NCBI GenBank assembly: GCA_963766075.1
Contig: CAVYAN010000074.1
Location: forward strand, 11,864-75,863
DNA length: 64,000 bases
From: an uncultured cyanobacterium
GTDB lineage: Bacteria > Cyanobacteriota > Cyanobacteriia > Leptolyngbyales > Leptolyngbyaceae
Reading direction: 5' to 3'
Shown: positions 20,656 through 31,600 of the stretch, piece after piece
How the letters are laid out: each line of letters starts with the position of its first letter
Numbering within the stretch: the stretch's first letter is position 1
Made by a program: the position numbers and the translations under genes
The notes under the pieces: model-generated
The model's database searches: none
What the model saw: only the letters and a program-made list of their open reading frames with translations
What the model was told of the DNA's origin: nothing

Positions 20656-20695
20656 GCCAGATCCCCGGGATTTCTAAAAATCCCGGGGATCTGGC
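20656..20695. repeat. Palindromic repeat GCCAGATCCCCGGGATTTCTAAAAATCCCGGGGATCTGGC (copy 1)
   Basis: Long inverted repeat just after the cax stop codon. Confidence 0.9.
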
Positions 20696-20900
20696 CTTCT
20701 GTGGGTAGCCAAGACTCTCAGTAATAATCGCGATAATCGCGGTGAGATTTTCCCATGATGTTTTATGGACTACCCAGGCATTGAAGGGTTAGTGAGTTGT
20801 AGATTGGGAAGCCCATTCTCGTATAGTCACCCACAAAGCCGACAGGGAGAAGCCTTGGAGTTGTAGGCGCAAGTTGCCAGTATTGGAGGATTCTTAGGAT

Positions 20901-20936
20901 AGATCCCTGGGATTTTTAGAAATCCCGGGGATCTGG
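20901..20936. repeat. Second, inverted copy of the same palindromic repeat
   Basis: AGATCCCTGGGATTTTTAGAAATCCCGGGGATCTGG; one mismatch to the reverse complement of copy 1. Confidence 0.9.
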
Positions 20937-21470
20937 ATATTCGCTCTGGATATTCGCCAAGTCGCAAAGAAATTTGTTCTAGCCAATTGCTTTGATCCCG
21001 AATTTGCGCGACTTCGGTTCGACCAACCTGAGTTGGAGGAAATAGTGCCAATTTGAGCGGTTGAAGTTTATAAAGTGCTCATAGGAGGGAGAAGGTCCGA
21101 TGCCAGGAAGACTGCGATCGCGAAATTCTCTGGTTCTCAGGCTGAATTCTAATGGCGATCTCGAACCCCAATCTGCATAACCTGATCCATCAACAGCGAT
21201 AGATGACTATAGGGGCCAATCAGTTGTGCTGCCGTCTCCGGCGGGCTTGGCTGATGACCATTAAACGAATTGCGATTTTATCCATTCCTACCCATAGTCA
21301 AGCCATGCTATCTACTCCAACCACACTTGTGCAGTCGAATCCTCTCACCGCATTTCCCACTACTATACCAACGACTTTAGGAAATACTGACACATCACTT
21401 AGGCGTTGTTGCATGAATCAACTCAGTCATAAGTCCCGGGGTAGAACTGAAGCTGTAGACCATCCAGTTA

Positions 21471-22361
21471 CTAGATTGATTCGGTTTTTGCGATGTCGAG
21501 GAATTGCGGGAGAATGCTAGAAGCATGCTCCCGTCGCCAAACGGCGGTTAATTGATGGGCCGATGTCTTCTCTTGAATGGGACGATAGACAACGCCTTTG
21601 CGACGGAGATTCTGCACGCTAGATGGCAGAATACTGATGCCAATGTTGCCAGCAACCAATCCTAAAATCGTGACCATAAAGACCGCCTCTTGAGCCACCT
21701 TAGGCACAAATCCCGCTTGGGTGCAGAGATAATAAATTTGCTCCGGCAATCCAGACACGACTGGACGAAGGGGCATCACAAATTCTTCATCCGCGAGATC
21801 CGCCAGCGAAATCTTAGCGTGGGCAGCTAAGGGATGACTTTGGGGCAAAACCGCCACCAGGGTTTCCTGGGAGAGCGGCATCATGGCCAAATCATGGGCT
21901 TCTGCAACGTCATGGACTTGGTAGACAAAAATGATATCCGTTTGGCGATCGCGCAATCCCTGAAGTTGGAAAGCGCTATTTTCTTCCCGCAAAATCAGTT
22001 TAATCTCGGGATAGCGTTGCCGAAACGTGCGGAGGATATTGGGTAAGACTCCATTGGCGATTGAGCTAGTGAAGCCGATGGTGAAGCAGCCCAATTCCCC
22101 TTGGTGAACCCGTTGAGCCTTCTGTACCGCTTGTTCCAACTGGGCTAGGGTCGAACGCGCTTCTTCTAGAAATACCTGTCCCGCTGGAGTGACCTGAAGG
22201 GGGCGCTTCTTGCGGTCAAATAGCCTCACACCCAATTCAGCTTCTAATGCCTGAATTTGCTGACTCAGCGGCGGTTGAGCCATCTGTAATCGCTCTGCCG
22301 CACGACTGAAGCTCAGTTCATCGGCGACGGTGACAAAGTAGCGGAGATGGCGAAGTTCCAT
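21471..22361 (-). CDS. LysR-family transcriptional regulator
   Basis: MELRHLRYF..SFSRAAERL..QPPLSQQI..LE.ELGV.LF. Confidence 0.96.
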   Translation of the reverse strand: MELRHLRYFVTVADELSFSRAAERLQMAQPPLSQQIQALEAELGVRLFDRKKRPLQVTPAGQVFLEEARSTLAQLEQAVQKAQRVHQGELGCFTIGFTSSIANGVLPNILRTFRQRYPEIKLILREENSAFQLQGLRDRQTDIIFVYQVHDVAEAHDLAMMPLSQETLVAVLPQSHPLAAHAKISLADLADEEFVMPLRPVVSGLPEQIYYLCTQAGFVPKVAQEAVFMVTILGLVAGNIGISILPSSVQNLRRKGVVYRPIQEKTSAHQLTAVWRREHASSILPQFLDIAKTESI

Positions 22362-22368
22362 AAGCGGA

Positions 22369-22393
22369 ATACTATATCTTTTAGGTATAGTAT
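22369..22393. promoter_or_regulatory. Probable LysR recognition site
   Basis: ATACTATA-N9-TATAGTAT inverted repeat containing T-N11-A, immediately upstream of the LysR start in the divergent gap. Confidence 0.65.
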
Positions 22394-22573
22394 CTTAACA
22401 AAAAATGGTCTGGACATATAGCAAGAGCTTCTTTATTGTAGGAAGAACACGCATAGGAGAGACAAGCGCAGAAAGAGAACTGATAGAGCACTCATAGACG
22501 GGACAGTGACAACGGTGTGAGCCGCATGGCTCACTAATGCTGAGACACTAATGCTGAGCGAGGTTCGTCCATC

Positions 22574-23467
22574 ATGTCAGATTTAATTCGGCGCGTTGCT
22601 ATTGTCGGTGGCACCCATGGAAACGAGTTAACGGGCGTTTATTTAGTCAAGAAATTCGAGCAGTTTCCGGAACTTCTGCATCGACCCAGCCTTGAATGCA
22701 TCACTTTATTAGCCAATCCTAAAGCCATAGCGGCCAATCGACGATATATCGATCGCGACTTGAACCGTTGCTTTGCTAACGAAGATTTGGCAAATCCAGA
22801 ATTGACGAGTTATGAAGACAGACGAGCCAAGGCGATCGCGGCAAAACTGGGGCCAAAGCATCAGCCTAGCACTGACATCATCATTGATCTGCACAGCACA
22901 ACCGCCAATATGGGATTGACTATTTTATCCTCGAGTCGGCATCCCTTTAATCTCCGCCTAGCCGCCTATCTGAGTACGCTACATCCGGCAGTGCGCATCT
23001 GTTACGGCATCGCCTGTGATCAAGACACCCCCATGCTGCGATCGCTGTCTCCCCTGGGCTGCACGATTGAAGTGGGTGCGATCGCCCAGGGTGTCCTAAA
23101 TGCAGAATTCCTCCAGCATACTGAAATGCTAGTTCACGCCATCTTAGACTATCTGGACGCAATGAATCAGGGAAAGCCGTTGCCCGTTCCATCTAATTTG
23201 ATGGTGTATCAGGTGATTTCATCAGTAGATTATCCTAGAAATTCATCCGGAGAACTGCAAGCGATGATTCATCCCCAGCTCCAGTGCAAAGACTATGAAC
23301 CGTTACAGCAGGGTCAGCCCCTATTCCTCCGGTTTACGGGAGAATCAATTTTCTATCAAGGAGAACCGATTGTTTACCCCGTTTTTATTAACGAAGCAGC
23401 CTATTACGAAAAAAATATCGCCCTGATCCTGACTGAGAAACAGCACCTTCAGCTTGACGCGGCATGA
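22574..23467 (+). CDS. Aspartoacylase (AstE/AspA family)
   Basis: GGTHGNELTG, RYIDRDLNRCF, IDLHSTTANMG, FINEAAYYEK. Confidence 0.93.
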   Translation: MSDLIRRVAIVGGTHGNELTGVYLVKKFEQFPELLHRPSLECITLLANPKAIAANRRYIDRDLNRCFANEDLANPELTSYEDRRAKAIAAKLGPKHQPSTDIIIDLHSTTANMGLTILSSSRHPFNLRLAAYLSTLHPAVRICYGIACDQDTPMLRSLSPLGCTIEVGAIAQGVLNAEFLQHTEMLVHAILDYLDAMNQGKPLPVPSNLMVYQVISSVDYPRNSSGELQAMIHPQLQCKDYEPLQQGQPLFLRFTGESIFYQGEPIVYPVFINEAAYYEKNIALILTEKQHLQLDAA

Positions 23468-23561
23468 TTCGCCTGGGCTAGAGCGTTGTTTGTTGATCGG
23501 TTTAGGAGTCATTTTTAGGAGTAACGATATGAGTGATGCCCACGCACTTGTCATGGACTTC

Positions 23562-23759
23562 ATGAGCTTTCAGAACTTAGCACTTTACAATCGGATCCAG
23601 CAGTTTGAACTCGATCAGCCCCATGCTGCCCTGCCCTTCAGCAAACGATTGGCCAAAACTAATCAATGGTCGGCGCACGCCTTTAGAACCACAGCGATCG
23701 CCTCTACCCATGACCCAGTAGAAAAAGCCCCCCACGTCTATTGTCAAGATCACTTGTAG
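23562..23759 (+). pseudogene. 5' fragment of a glycine-rich-domain (DUF1399-like) protein
   Basis: LYNRIQQFELDQPHAALPFSKRLAKTNQWS resembles that family's N-terminus; resemblance ends after ~37 codons. Confidence 0.5.
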
Positions 23760-24041
23760 CTCAGGGCGCATGAGAAAAAATTGACCTCGCGAGGACGCGC
23801 AGGGGCTAACTACAGTGTGGGGGCAGTGATCACGTATCTGCCTTCTGTTTTGAGGCCCTGGGTCCTTCAGCCCTTTGCCTGCACTGGGTTGTGGTCTCCG
23901 CTGTCCATCTTGCCAAAAATATTTTTCAGTGTTGCGGGGAGAGTCTGCATAAACTGCGATCGTCCCCGTAGAAAACTACTAGCAGCCTCAACGCTGCGAC
24001 TGCTCAACTTAAAGGGAAAACACCATTTTAAGGAAAAAACC

Positions 24042-26255
24042 ATGGTATTTTCGACTACTTCAGAACGCCCCCTCACAACCAGTCTTGGCGGTAACTCCGC
24101 TGATACCAACCGTTTGGCAACCAGTCCGCTGACCGACTCCCGCGCCAATCCCCTTCAATCCGAAACCGGGCTACTATCGAGTTCTGCCGATCCATTGGCA
24201 GTCTCGCCAGGAGTGAGAGTCACCCTGACAGACTTCGTTGGCAATACAGCACAAACAGCGCATCGCTTAGGCGATCTCAACAACGCCACCTATCGGTATA
24301 CTGAGTCGGTCAGCAGCACCGATATCAACGATTTCTATGGCTTCCGTCTGAACCAGGACGCCACAGTCACGTTGAGTTTGACCGGCATGAGTGCAGACGC
24401 CGACCTTTATTTATTAGATGGCGCTGGCAATACTACAGCCGTCTCCGATCAGTTTGGGAGCACCAATGAATCAATCAGTCGCTTTTTGAGGGCTGGGGTG
24501 TATTACGCCCAAGTGAGCGCCTTCGCCGGGTCTAGTACGTCTTACGACATCGGCGTTAGTGTTGGAGGCACGGATCTTGATCCCGGTGGCAGCTTGAATA
24601 ATGCCCGCGACTTAGGCAATCTGAGCCGCAGCGCGTGGAATGTGAATAACACCGTGGGCACGGGTGACCTGAATGATTACTATCGCTTTGACCTGAGTGA
24701 GAATGGGAACTTTCGACTCAATTTAAGTGGCTTGAGCAGTGATGTTGATGTGGCTTTGTATAACCGCACCGGTAGCTTCATTACGGCTTCTAGCAATGCT
24801 GGCACCAGCACAGAAGCCATTAATCGATTTCTGGATGCGGGGACTTACTACATTCGGGTTTATCCGTGGAGCGGCAGCAGTGACTATACCTTGGGCGTAA
24901 GCACCGATACGCCTTCCTATTACGGCACCCGCACGCTGACCGGGACGTTGGGGGCCGACACGTTTGACGTGACTGGAAACTATACCCGCACAGTGATTTC
25001 CGGCAGCGGCAACGTCGATTTTGGCACGGGCCGACGAGATGTGTTGGATTTATCTGGATTACTCTCTAACAGTGTGTCGATTAACTACAGCAATACAACA
25101 GGCGGCGGTGTTTTCTATGACCCTGGCAATGGCACAAGGGTTTTTGATTCCATTCTCTTTAACGATGGTCGTCAAGTTTTATTTGAAGGGATTGATCAAA
25201 TTCGCTTTCGCGATCGCACCATCAATCTCTCAATTACGCCTAACGATCCTCTATTCAGTCAGCAGTGGAACCTGGGCATGATGGGGGTACAGAATGCATG
25301 GCGGTTTACCACAGGATCTGACCAAGTGATGATTGGCGTCCAGGACACGGGGTTAGCACTCACCGCCCAAGGACGCGCCCCCGATGATTTACAGCGCCGT
25401 TACTGGTTCTGGACCGCCAATGATTACGACGATGACTTTTTTCGCGCAATTCCAGGGCCTTTTTATGGACCGCAATCAACGTCCCATGGGACGTCTGTTC
25501 AAAGCATCATTGCGGCAGACAGCAATAATGGCCGAGGCATGAGCGGCATCAATTGGACCTCGGAGGTTTATGTTACTGATGTTTTAGATGGCAATCCGGG
25601 GGATCTTTCACTGGCCCAGGCCACGCGTTCGATGGCGGGTTGGGCTGCCAGTCAAGGCCAGCGATTGGTGATTAATATGAGTCTCGGCTCGAGTGGCTTT
25701 AATCAAACGGGCATTGAGCCAGAGTTTGAGGCGACAGTGGCCGCCAACCCCAACGTACTGTTTGTAATTGCCGCCGGGAACGATGGCAATGAAGGCAGAG
25801 TTGGGCTATCTTATCCAGCGACTTTAGCCAATATCTACAGCAACGTGATGGCGGTGGGAGCCTCCTGGGGCCGGACAGATTACTATGGCAATCCCCAAAC
25901 TCCTGGCACGCGGATTGAGTATTCTAATTGGGGATCGCAGTATGGGAAAGGATTAACGCTGATGGGACCATCAGAGGTCACGGCATTGTCTGCCACCCGT
26001 TTTGCTGGGCCAGTCTCCTTTGACTACACTTCTCGATTTAATGGTACGTCCGCCGCTGCTCCGAATGTCACTGGAGTGGCCTCACTGGTCTGGAGTGCGA
26101 ACGCTAACCTATCGGCTACCCAAGTGCGGGAGATTTTGTCACAGACAGCGACGGATTTAGGCAGCGCGGGCTATGACCAGTACTACGGCAATGGTTTTGT
26201 GAATGCCGATGCCGCTGTGCGACGGGCGATCGCGATAGGTGCGGGCTATGCATAA
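24042..26255 (+). CDS. S8 subtilase with two N-terminal PPC domains
   Basis: Two DYYRF..DVALY..GTYYIRV PPC repeats; triad motifs VQDTG, SHGTSV, FNGTSAAAP; AAGN; RBS-like AGGA before ATG 24042. Confidence 0.92.
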   Translation: MVFSTTSERPLTTSLGGNSADTNRLATSPLTDSRANPLQSETGLLSSSADPLAVSPGVRVTLTDFVGNTAQTAHRLGDLNNATYRYTESVSSTDINDFYGFRLNQDATVTLSLTGMSADADLYLLDGAGNTTAVSDQFGSTNESISRFLRAGVYYAQVSAFAGSSTSYDIGVSVGGTDLDPGGSLNNARDLGNLSRSAWNVNNTVGTGDLNDYYRFDLSENGNFRLNLSGLSSDVDVALYNRTGSFITASSNAGTSTEAINRFLDAGTYYIRVYPWSGSSDYTLGVSTDTPSYYGTRTLTGTLGADTFDVTGNYTRTVISGSGNVDFGTGRRDVLDLSGLLSNSVSINYSNTTGGGVFYDPGNGTRVFDSILFNDGRQVLFEGIDQIRFRDRTINLSITPNDPLFSQQWNLGMMGVQNAWRFTTGSDQVMIGVQDTGLALTAQGRAPDDLQRRYWFWTANDYDDDFFRAIPGPFYGPQSTSHGTSVQSIIAADSNNGRGMSGINWTSEVYVTDVLDGNPGDLSLAQATRSMAGWAASQGQRLVINMSLGSSGFNQTGIEPEFEATVAANPNVLFVIAAGNDGNEGRVGLSYPATLANIYSNVMAVGASWGRTDYYGNPQTPGTRIEYSNWGSQYGKGLTLMGPSEVTALSATRFAGPVSFDYTSRFNGTSAAAPNVTGVASLVWSANANLSATQVREILSQTATDLGSAGYDQYYGNGFVNADAAVRRAIAIGAGYA

Positions 26256-26335
26256 CCCTAACGTTTCCACAGTACCGTAGCATCACAGCCAGAAATATCC
26301 TGCCACGCCCTGCCCCTGCCCGCCCTTGGCCCTTG

Positions 26336-26926
26336 CTAAATTTCGTAATGCCAGAACTCATACTCCTTGAGCACAATCCGGTGTAGGGGCAGCCGTTTAA
26401 TTAATCCCTGATCCTCAAACTGTCCTAATATGCGCGTAACAGTGACGCGGGTTGTTCCCATCAGTTCAGCGAGGTCTTGGTGAGTCAGACGCAGATCAAT
26501 CAGGTTCCCCATTTCCTCAGCACGCCCAAACCGCTTTGCCAACCATCCCAGCAATTTCAGCAGCATTGTATCGACACGGCGATAGCTCCGAATCACAATT
26601 AAGGCTTCAGCTTGTTGCAAATGCGCCAAAGCCCACTCGCTGGGAATTTGGCCGTTTTCCACAGCAACCACAGTGGCCTCAACCGGGGTTAAGCAATCAG
26701 CCTGATAGGGGTCAACCGTGGATAATGCCTGACCAACCACATCGCCCGGACCCCATAGGCCCGTGGTGACGGGTGTGCCATCCTCCAGCCAAGTCAAGGT
26801 GCGAACCACGCCCACTTCAATTTTCCACAGGGAATGCTGCTTGATAGGCAAGGGCGATCGCAGGGAAAATTTTTGCCGGTGCGGTTGAGCATCTCGAAAC
26901 GGAGAGGAAAAAGCCAGGGACATCAT
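26336..26926 (-). CDS. Crp/Fnr-family transcriptional regulator
   Basis: GLWGPGDVVG; HTH LTHQDLAELMGTTRVTVTR. Confidence 0.92.
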   Translation of the reverse strand: MMSLAFSSPFRDAQPHRQKFSLRSPLPIKQHSLWKIEVGVVRTLTWLEDGTPVTTGLWGPGDVVGQALSTVDPYQADCLTPVEATVVAVENGQIPSEWALAHLQQAEALIVIRSYRRVDTMLLKLLGWLAKRFGRAEEMGNLIDLRLTHQDLAELMGTTRVTVTRILGQFEDQGLIKRLPLHRIVLKEYEFWHYEI

Positions 26927-27223
26927 TAAAACACTATTTGTCGATAGAGTAACCGTAGTATACTACGACATCCCGAGAAGTGGCACGCAAATCACGGCCA
27001 AGGTCCGCAAAGCGCTACAAATCTGGCTCATCTTCCAGGCTAATTTCGCAGTGAGAGAGCAAAAAACTGGAGTGCAGAGAGGCTAGGCAGGAAGAAATAC
27101 CCACCACCGCCTACCGTGGCAAAGCGGGGCCTGTGATTGACTCTTTCGCGAATCGAATGGCGAGGAAGTGTCATGACGCCCTAACCATCGTTGCCCCCCA
27201 ATTGGGTCTTTTGGGATCATGGC

Positions 27224-28548
27224 CTAAAGCGGCATCTGGATCAGAAATTCGGTTTCGGGGTGTGTGGCCTCGTGATACGTGAGGCGACCCTGATGCAGGT
27301 CTTCAATGATTCTCTGGCTAATGGCTAATCCTAGCCCAATGCCCTGCCCCGCCGTGCGGGTAGTGAAAAAGGGTTCAAATATAGCACTTTGATGATCTTC
27401 AGCTATGCCCATACCATTATCCTTAAAACTAATGCTGAGCATATTACCGTTCGCAATTTCAGCGCGAATCGAAATTTCGGGCTGCTGGGTAGAGTATCCG
27501 CCTTTACTAATTTTTTCGTCGATCGCATCGATCGCGTTACACAATAGATTGAAAAATACCTGGTTGAGCTGATCGGCATGACACCGAATCAGAGGCAATT
27601 CTCCAAATTCTTTTTTGACCTGAATGGTAATACCGTCGGCTCTAGCCGTTAAGCGATGTTGCAGAATGCTAAGCACAATATCAATGCTCTCCGCTAAAAC
27701 CACGTCTTTAACGCCCGCTTCATCGAGACGGGTGAAACTCCGTAACGCCAGCACAACTGAGCGGATCCAGCGGCCCCGCTGCCTATGGAGCCCATGATAT
27801 TCGTTAAATCTGAGGTGAGAAATTTCAGGTCAATCGCATCAAGGTAGGCAGCAATATCTGGATCTGCTACGGAATATTTTTGCTGATACAGGTCAATCAA
27901 AGTTAGTAAATCATCAACATATCCCTGCACAGGTTGGATATTACAAGCAATAAAGCTGAGCGGATTGTTGATTTCATGGGCAACCCCCGCAACCACTTTT
28001 CGGAGAGTAGCCATTTTCTCCTGCTGGACAAGATGCATTTGGGTAATTTTCAGCTCTTCCAGCGTGTCTTTTAACTGCTGATTTTGCCCCGTGAGTTCTT
28101 TCTGGAGCATTTGAATGGTTAATTGCGTTTGAATTCTAACCAGCACCTCTTCTAAGTAGAAGGGCTTGGTAATATAGTCCACTGCACCCTTTTGAAAGGC
28201 TTTCACCTTATCGATCGCTTCATTCCCCGCACTGAGAAACAGAATCGGGATGGTCGCTGTGGATGGATCTTGCTTCAAAGCATGGCAAACCTCATACCCA
28301 CTAATATCCGGTAGATTGACATCGAGCAAAATCAAGTCTGGCGGCAGTGCCTGAACCGTCTTTAGGGCCATTTGGCCACTAATGGCTTTGCGAACTTCAT
28401 AGCCTTGGTCAAGCAAAAAGCTGGACAGAAAGCGAATATTGTCAGGGATATCATCCACAATTAAAATGCTGGCGGGCTGACTGGCAGATGGCTGGGTTTG
28501 AGGAGATTGTACGGGCATCGCAACGGGTAGAGAAGGGATTGCTGACAT
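27224..28548 (-). pseudogene. Hybrid receiver + histidine kinase, split by one frameshift near 27768 (pseudogene or sequence error)
   Basis: Receiver and H-box VAHEINNPL in 27694-28548; HATPase LNQVFFNLLCNAIDA, DNGMGI, FEPFFTT, GIGLGL in 27224-27754. Confidence 0.85.
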
Positions 28549-28666
28549 AGAAAATAGTGTGACGGTAGTTCACATTAAAGTTACAGAAAAAATTAGCAGC
28601 CCCAATTCGTGGGCAATTTCAACTTGGCCATGACTTACTCGCAGTCAATGGCGGGAGGGGACTGGA

Positions 28667-31600
28667 TTAGCCCGCAGGAGCCGAGGAGAGACCCGCAACA
28701 GTGACATCGGTAATTTTGTCAAATTGAAAGTTTTCGGCTAGGCGCTTGAGGATCTTGGCCAGTGCGGGATGGTTGGCAGCAATATCCTCGGTGAGCTTCA
28801 CGATTTGCAGATCATTGCCGTGAACAGCCGCCCAATGAAGGCGCTCGATCCAGTCGGAGGATGGCCCTTGGAGCAGGGTTGGCTGCAGAGTTTGAGGCTC
28901 TGCCGTCGATAATGCCTGGGCTGTCGAATCATCGGACAAAGCCTGATAGAGATAGTCCACGTTGAGGTGGCGGGCGATTTTTTCAAAGATTTCTTGGACT
29001 TTGAAGGGCTTATGGATGAAGTCATCGCAGCCTGCGGCCATCATTTCTTGCCGCTGCTCGGCAAACGCGCTGGCCGTCAGGGCAATCACTTTCGTGCGTG
29101 GTTTCCTAGGAGGGTTTTGGGCTCCATGGGGCTCGGCTTCATGCTGCTGGGCTTCTAGGGCTCGCAACTTTTCCACGGCCTCCTGCCCATTCATGATCGG
29201 CATCCGCATGTCCATAAAAATCAAGTCGGGATGCCACGTTTGCCAAAGATCGATCGCGGCCTGCCCATGGGTAGCTTCTTGCAGCTCAAAACCAACACTA
29301 CCCAGCAGTTTGGTCAACAGTAACCGATTGGTAGGATTGTCTTCGGCAATCAGGATGCGGTAGGCGGGCTGTTGGGGAGCTAACCCAATCACGTTGCCTG
29401 CGATCGCAGTTTTCACCTCGGCCACAGCAGTTTCATCCGCTGTCACCGCAATGCAAAAGGAAAAGAGGCTGCCTTGGCTAAGCTGACTCCGCACCGCAAT
29501 GCCGTTACCCATCATTTGGGCGTATTTCTGGCTAATGGCTAAACCTAATCCGGTGCCTTCGGTGGCCGTTGCCCCCGATCGCGTTTGTTCAAAGGGCTTA
29601 AAGAGCTGTTTAAGTTCCTCAGGAGCAATACCGGGGCCAGTATCTTCAACTTCAAATTGCAGGGTAATGGCATTCGTGGGGCGATCGCCCCGGCCTCATC
29701 CTCCAGCCTCTTGGCCCGCAGGGTGACTGTGCCCTGGGCGGTAAATTTAATGGCATTGCCCAATAAATTGATCAGAATCTGGCGGAGTTTTCGCTCATCC
29801 GTGTGGATCACCGGGGGCAGGCTCGGATCGTACTCCAGGTGAAATTGTAACCCCTTCGAGGCCGCGCGAAAATGCAGCATATCTCTGAGGCTGTCAAGTA
29901 AGTGATGAAGAGCGCAGCGGCCTGCGTGAAAGGTCAACATGCCTGCCTCAATTTTCGACATTTCGAGAACGTCGTTAATCAGTCCTAACAGGTGTTCGCC
30001 ACTGTTGCCAATGGTTTCTAGGTAGCGCTGGTGCTCGGCGGTCAGGGCTTGATCGCGATGCATTAATTGCGTCAAGCCCAGGATCACATTGAGGGGGGTG
30101 CGCAGTTCGTGGCTCATACTGGCCAGAAATTCACTTTTGGCCCGATTGGCGGCATCGGCAGCATCTTTGGCATAGCCGAGTTGCTCGGCCTGTTCCTGGG
30201 TTTGGGCCAACAGTTCGGCTTGCTGTACAGCGACCCCGAGCTGATTGCTGATCTGCATGACCATTTGAATTTCTGGCCCTTGCCACTCCCGTGCTCCACC
30301 ATTTTGATAGTTGGCCAGCAAGCCCCAGAGCTGATTCCCACAAAAAATTGGGGCTGTGATGTAAGCTCGCGCCTGCAAGGATTCCAGCAATTCCAGGTAG
30401 CATGCCTCAAATCCGGCTTGATAAATGTCGGAAATGCAGCAATAGCTGGACTTCTGGTTATACTGTCCACCCTCATTCTCTTGCAGATAGGTATCCTGAA
30501 TCAGCACTTCACTGCCGTCTAGACGCTTCACAACGCAGTGCGTTTGATTAATCGCCGCCTGCGTTAGCTCTCGGTCTTCAACCCGAATTGGGATGACGGT
30601 ATCCCAGCCCGCCGCCACCGACTCCGCCACCACTTGACCGCTCCAGTCCGGGTTAAAGCGATAGATCAGGGTGCGATCGCAGCCAATGGCTTGGCGCAAT
30701 TCCTGGGTAGTGGTGTGGAAAATGGTTTCCAGGTCTAGGGTTTCGCGCATGCGCTGCACCATTCGGGCCATGGCCCGCGCGCGTTCGGCAGTCTGGTGAA
30801 GTGCCACTTCTGCCAGCTTGCGGTCAATGCCCACAGCGATCGCCGTAGCCACCGAAGCCATTTCCTTGAGGGTGCGTTCCGGCAGGGGATGACGGGCAAA
30901 AAAGGCGACCACTCCCAGCAGCCGATTTTGGATGGTGAGGGGATACCCGGCAAAGGCTACTATGCCTTCCCGCTGCGCCCACTCCTGATCCAGCACCTGG
31001 GGATCGGTTGCCACCTGATTGGTTAAGTGGGGTTGGCGGTGTTGGGCAATCCACCCAATCTTGAACTGACCCACCGGGATGCGGCCATGGCGGCCATTGA
31101 GATGGGTATAGAGGCCCGCACTGGCCTGGAGGGTGAGAACTTGCTCAGGCTCATTGATTGTCCAAATGCGGGCAAAGGCGGCATCCAAATGTTGATGCAG
31201 GGCGATCGCACAGCGATTGAGCATATCCTGCAATGAGGTCCCTTCGGTCAGGGCGGTGCCAATATCGGCACGCAGTGCGGCTAACTGCATTTGCTGGAAC
31301 TGTTCGGCAGCGGCCTGCTGGCGATCCGTAATGTCATAGATCATGCTCAACAGACAGGGTTCGCCCCGCAGTTCAATTTTTTCAAAGGAGGCCATGCCTT
31401 GCCGCACTTCACCGGAACGGACCGTAAAGGGGACGTCCAGTTGGACAGATTGCTGCTGCTGCAAGGCTTGAATCAAGAAATTGCGATCAGACGGGTTGGC
31501 CCAGATCTGTAATTCACTGGAGGTTTTGCCCATGATTTCTTCACGGCTGTAGCCAAATAAATTGAGGAAACTGGTATTGACATCCAGAAACTGCCCCGCT

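Noticed and set aside
21080..21120. GCCAGGAAGACTGC as a cobalamin riboswitch B12 box
   Set aside because: Upstream conserved riboswitch elements absent and no B12-related gene downstream
21203..21520. 105-aa plus-strand ORF
   Set aside because: No recognisable motif, overlaps the LysR 3' end; probably spurious
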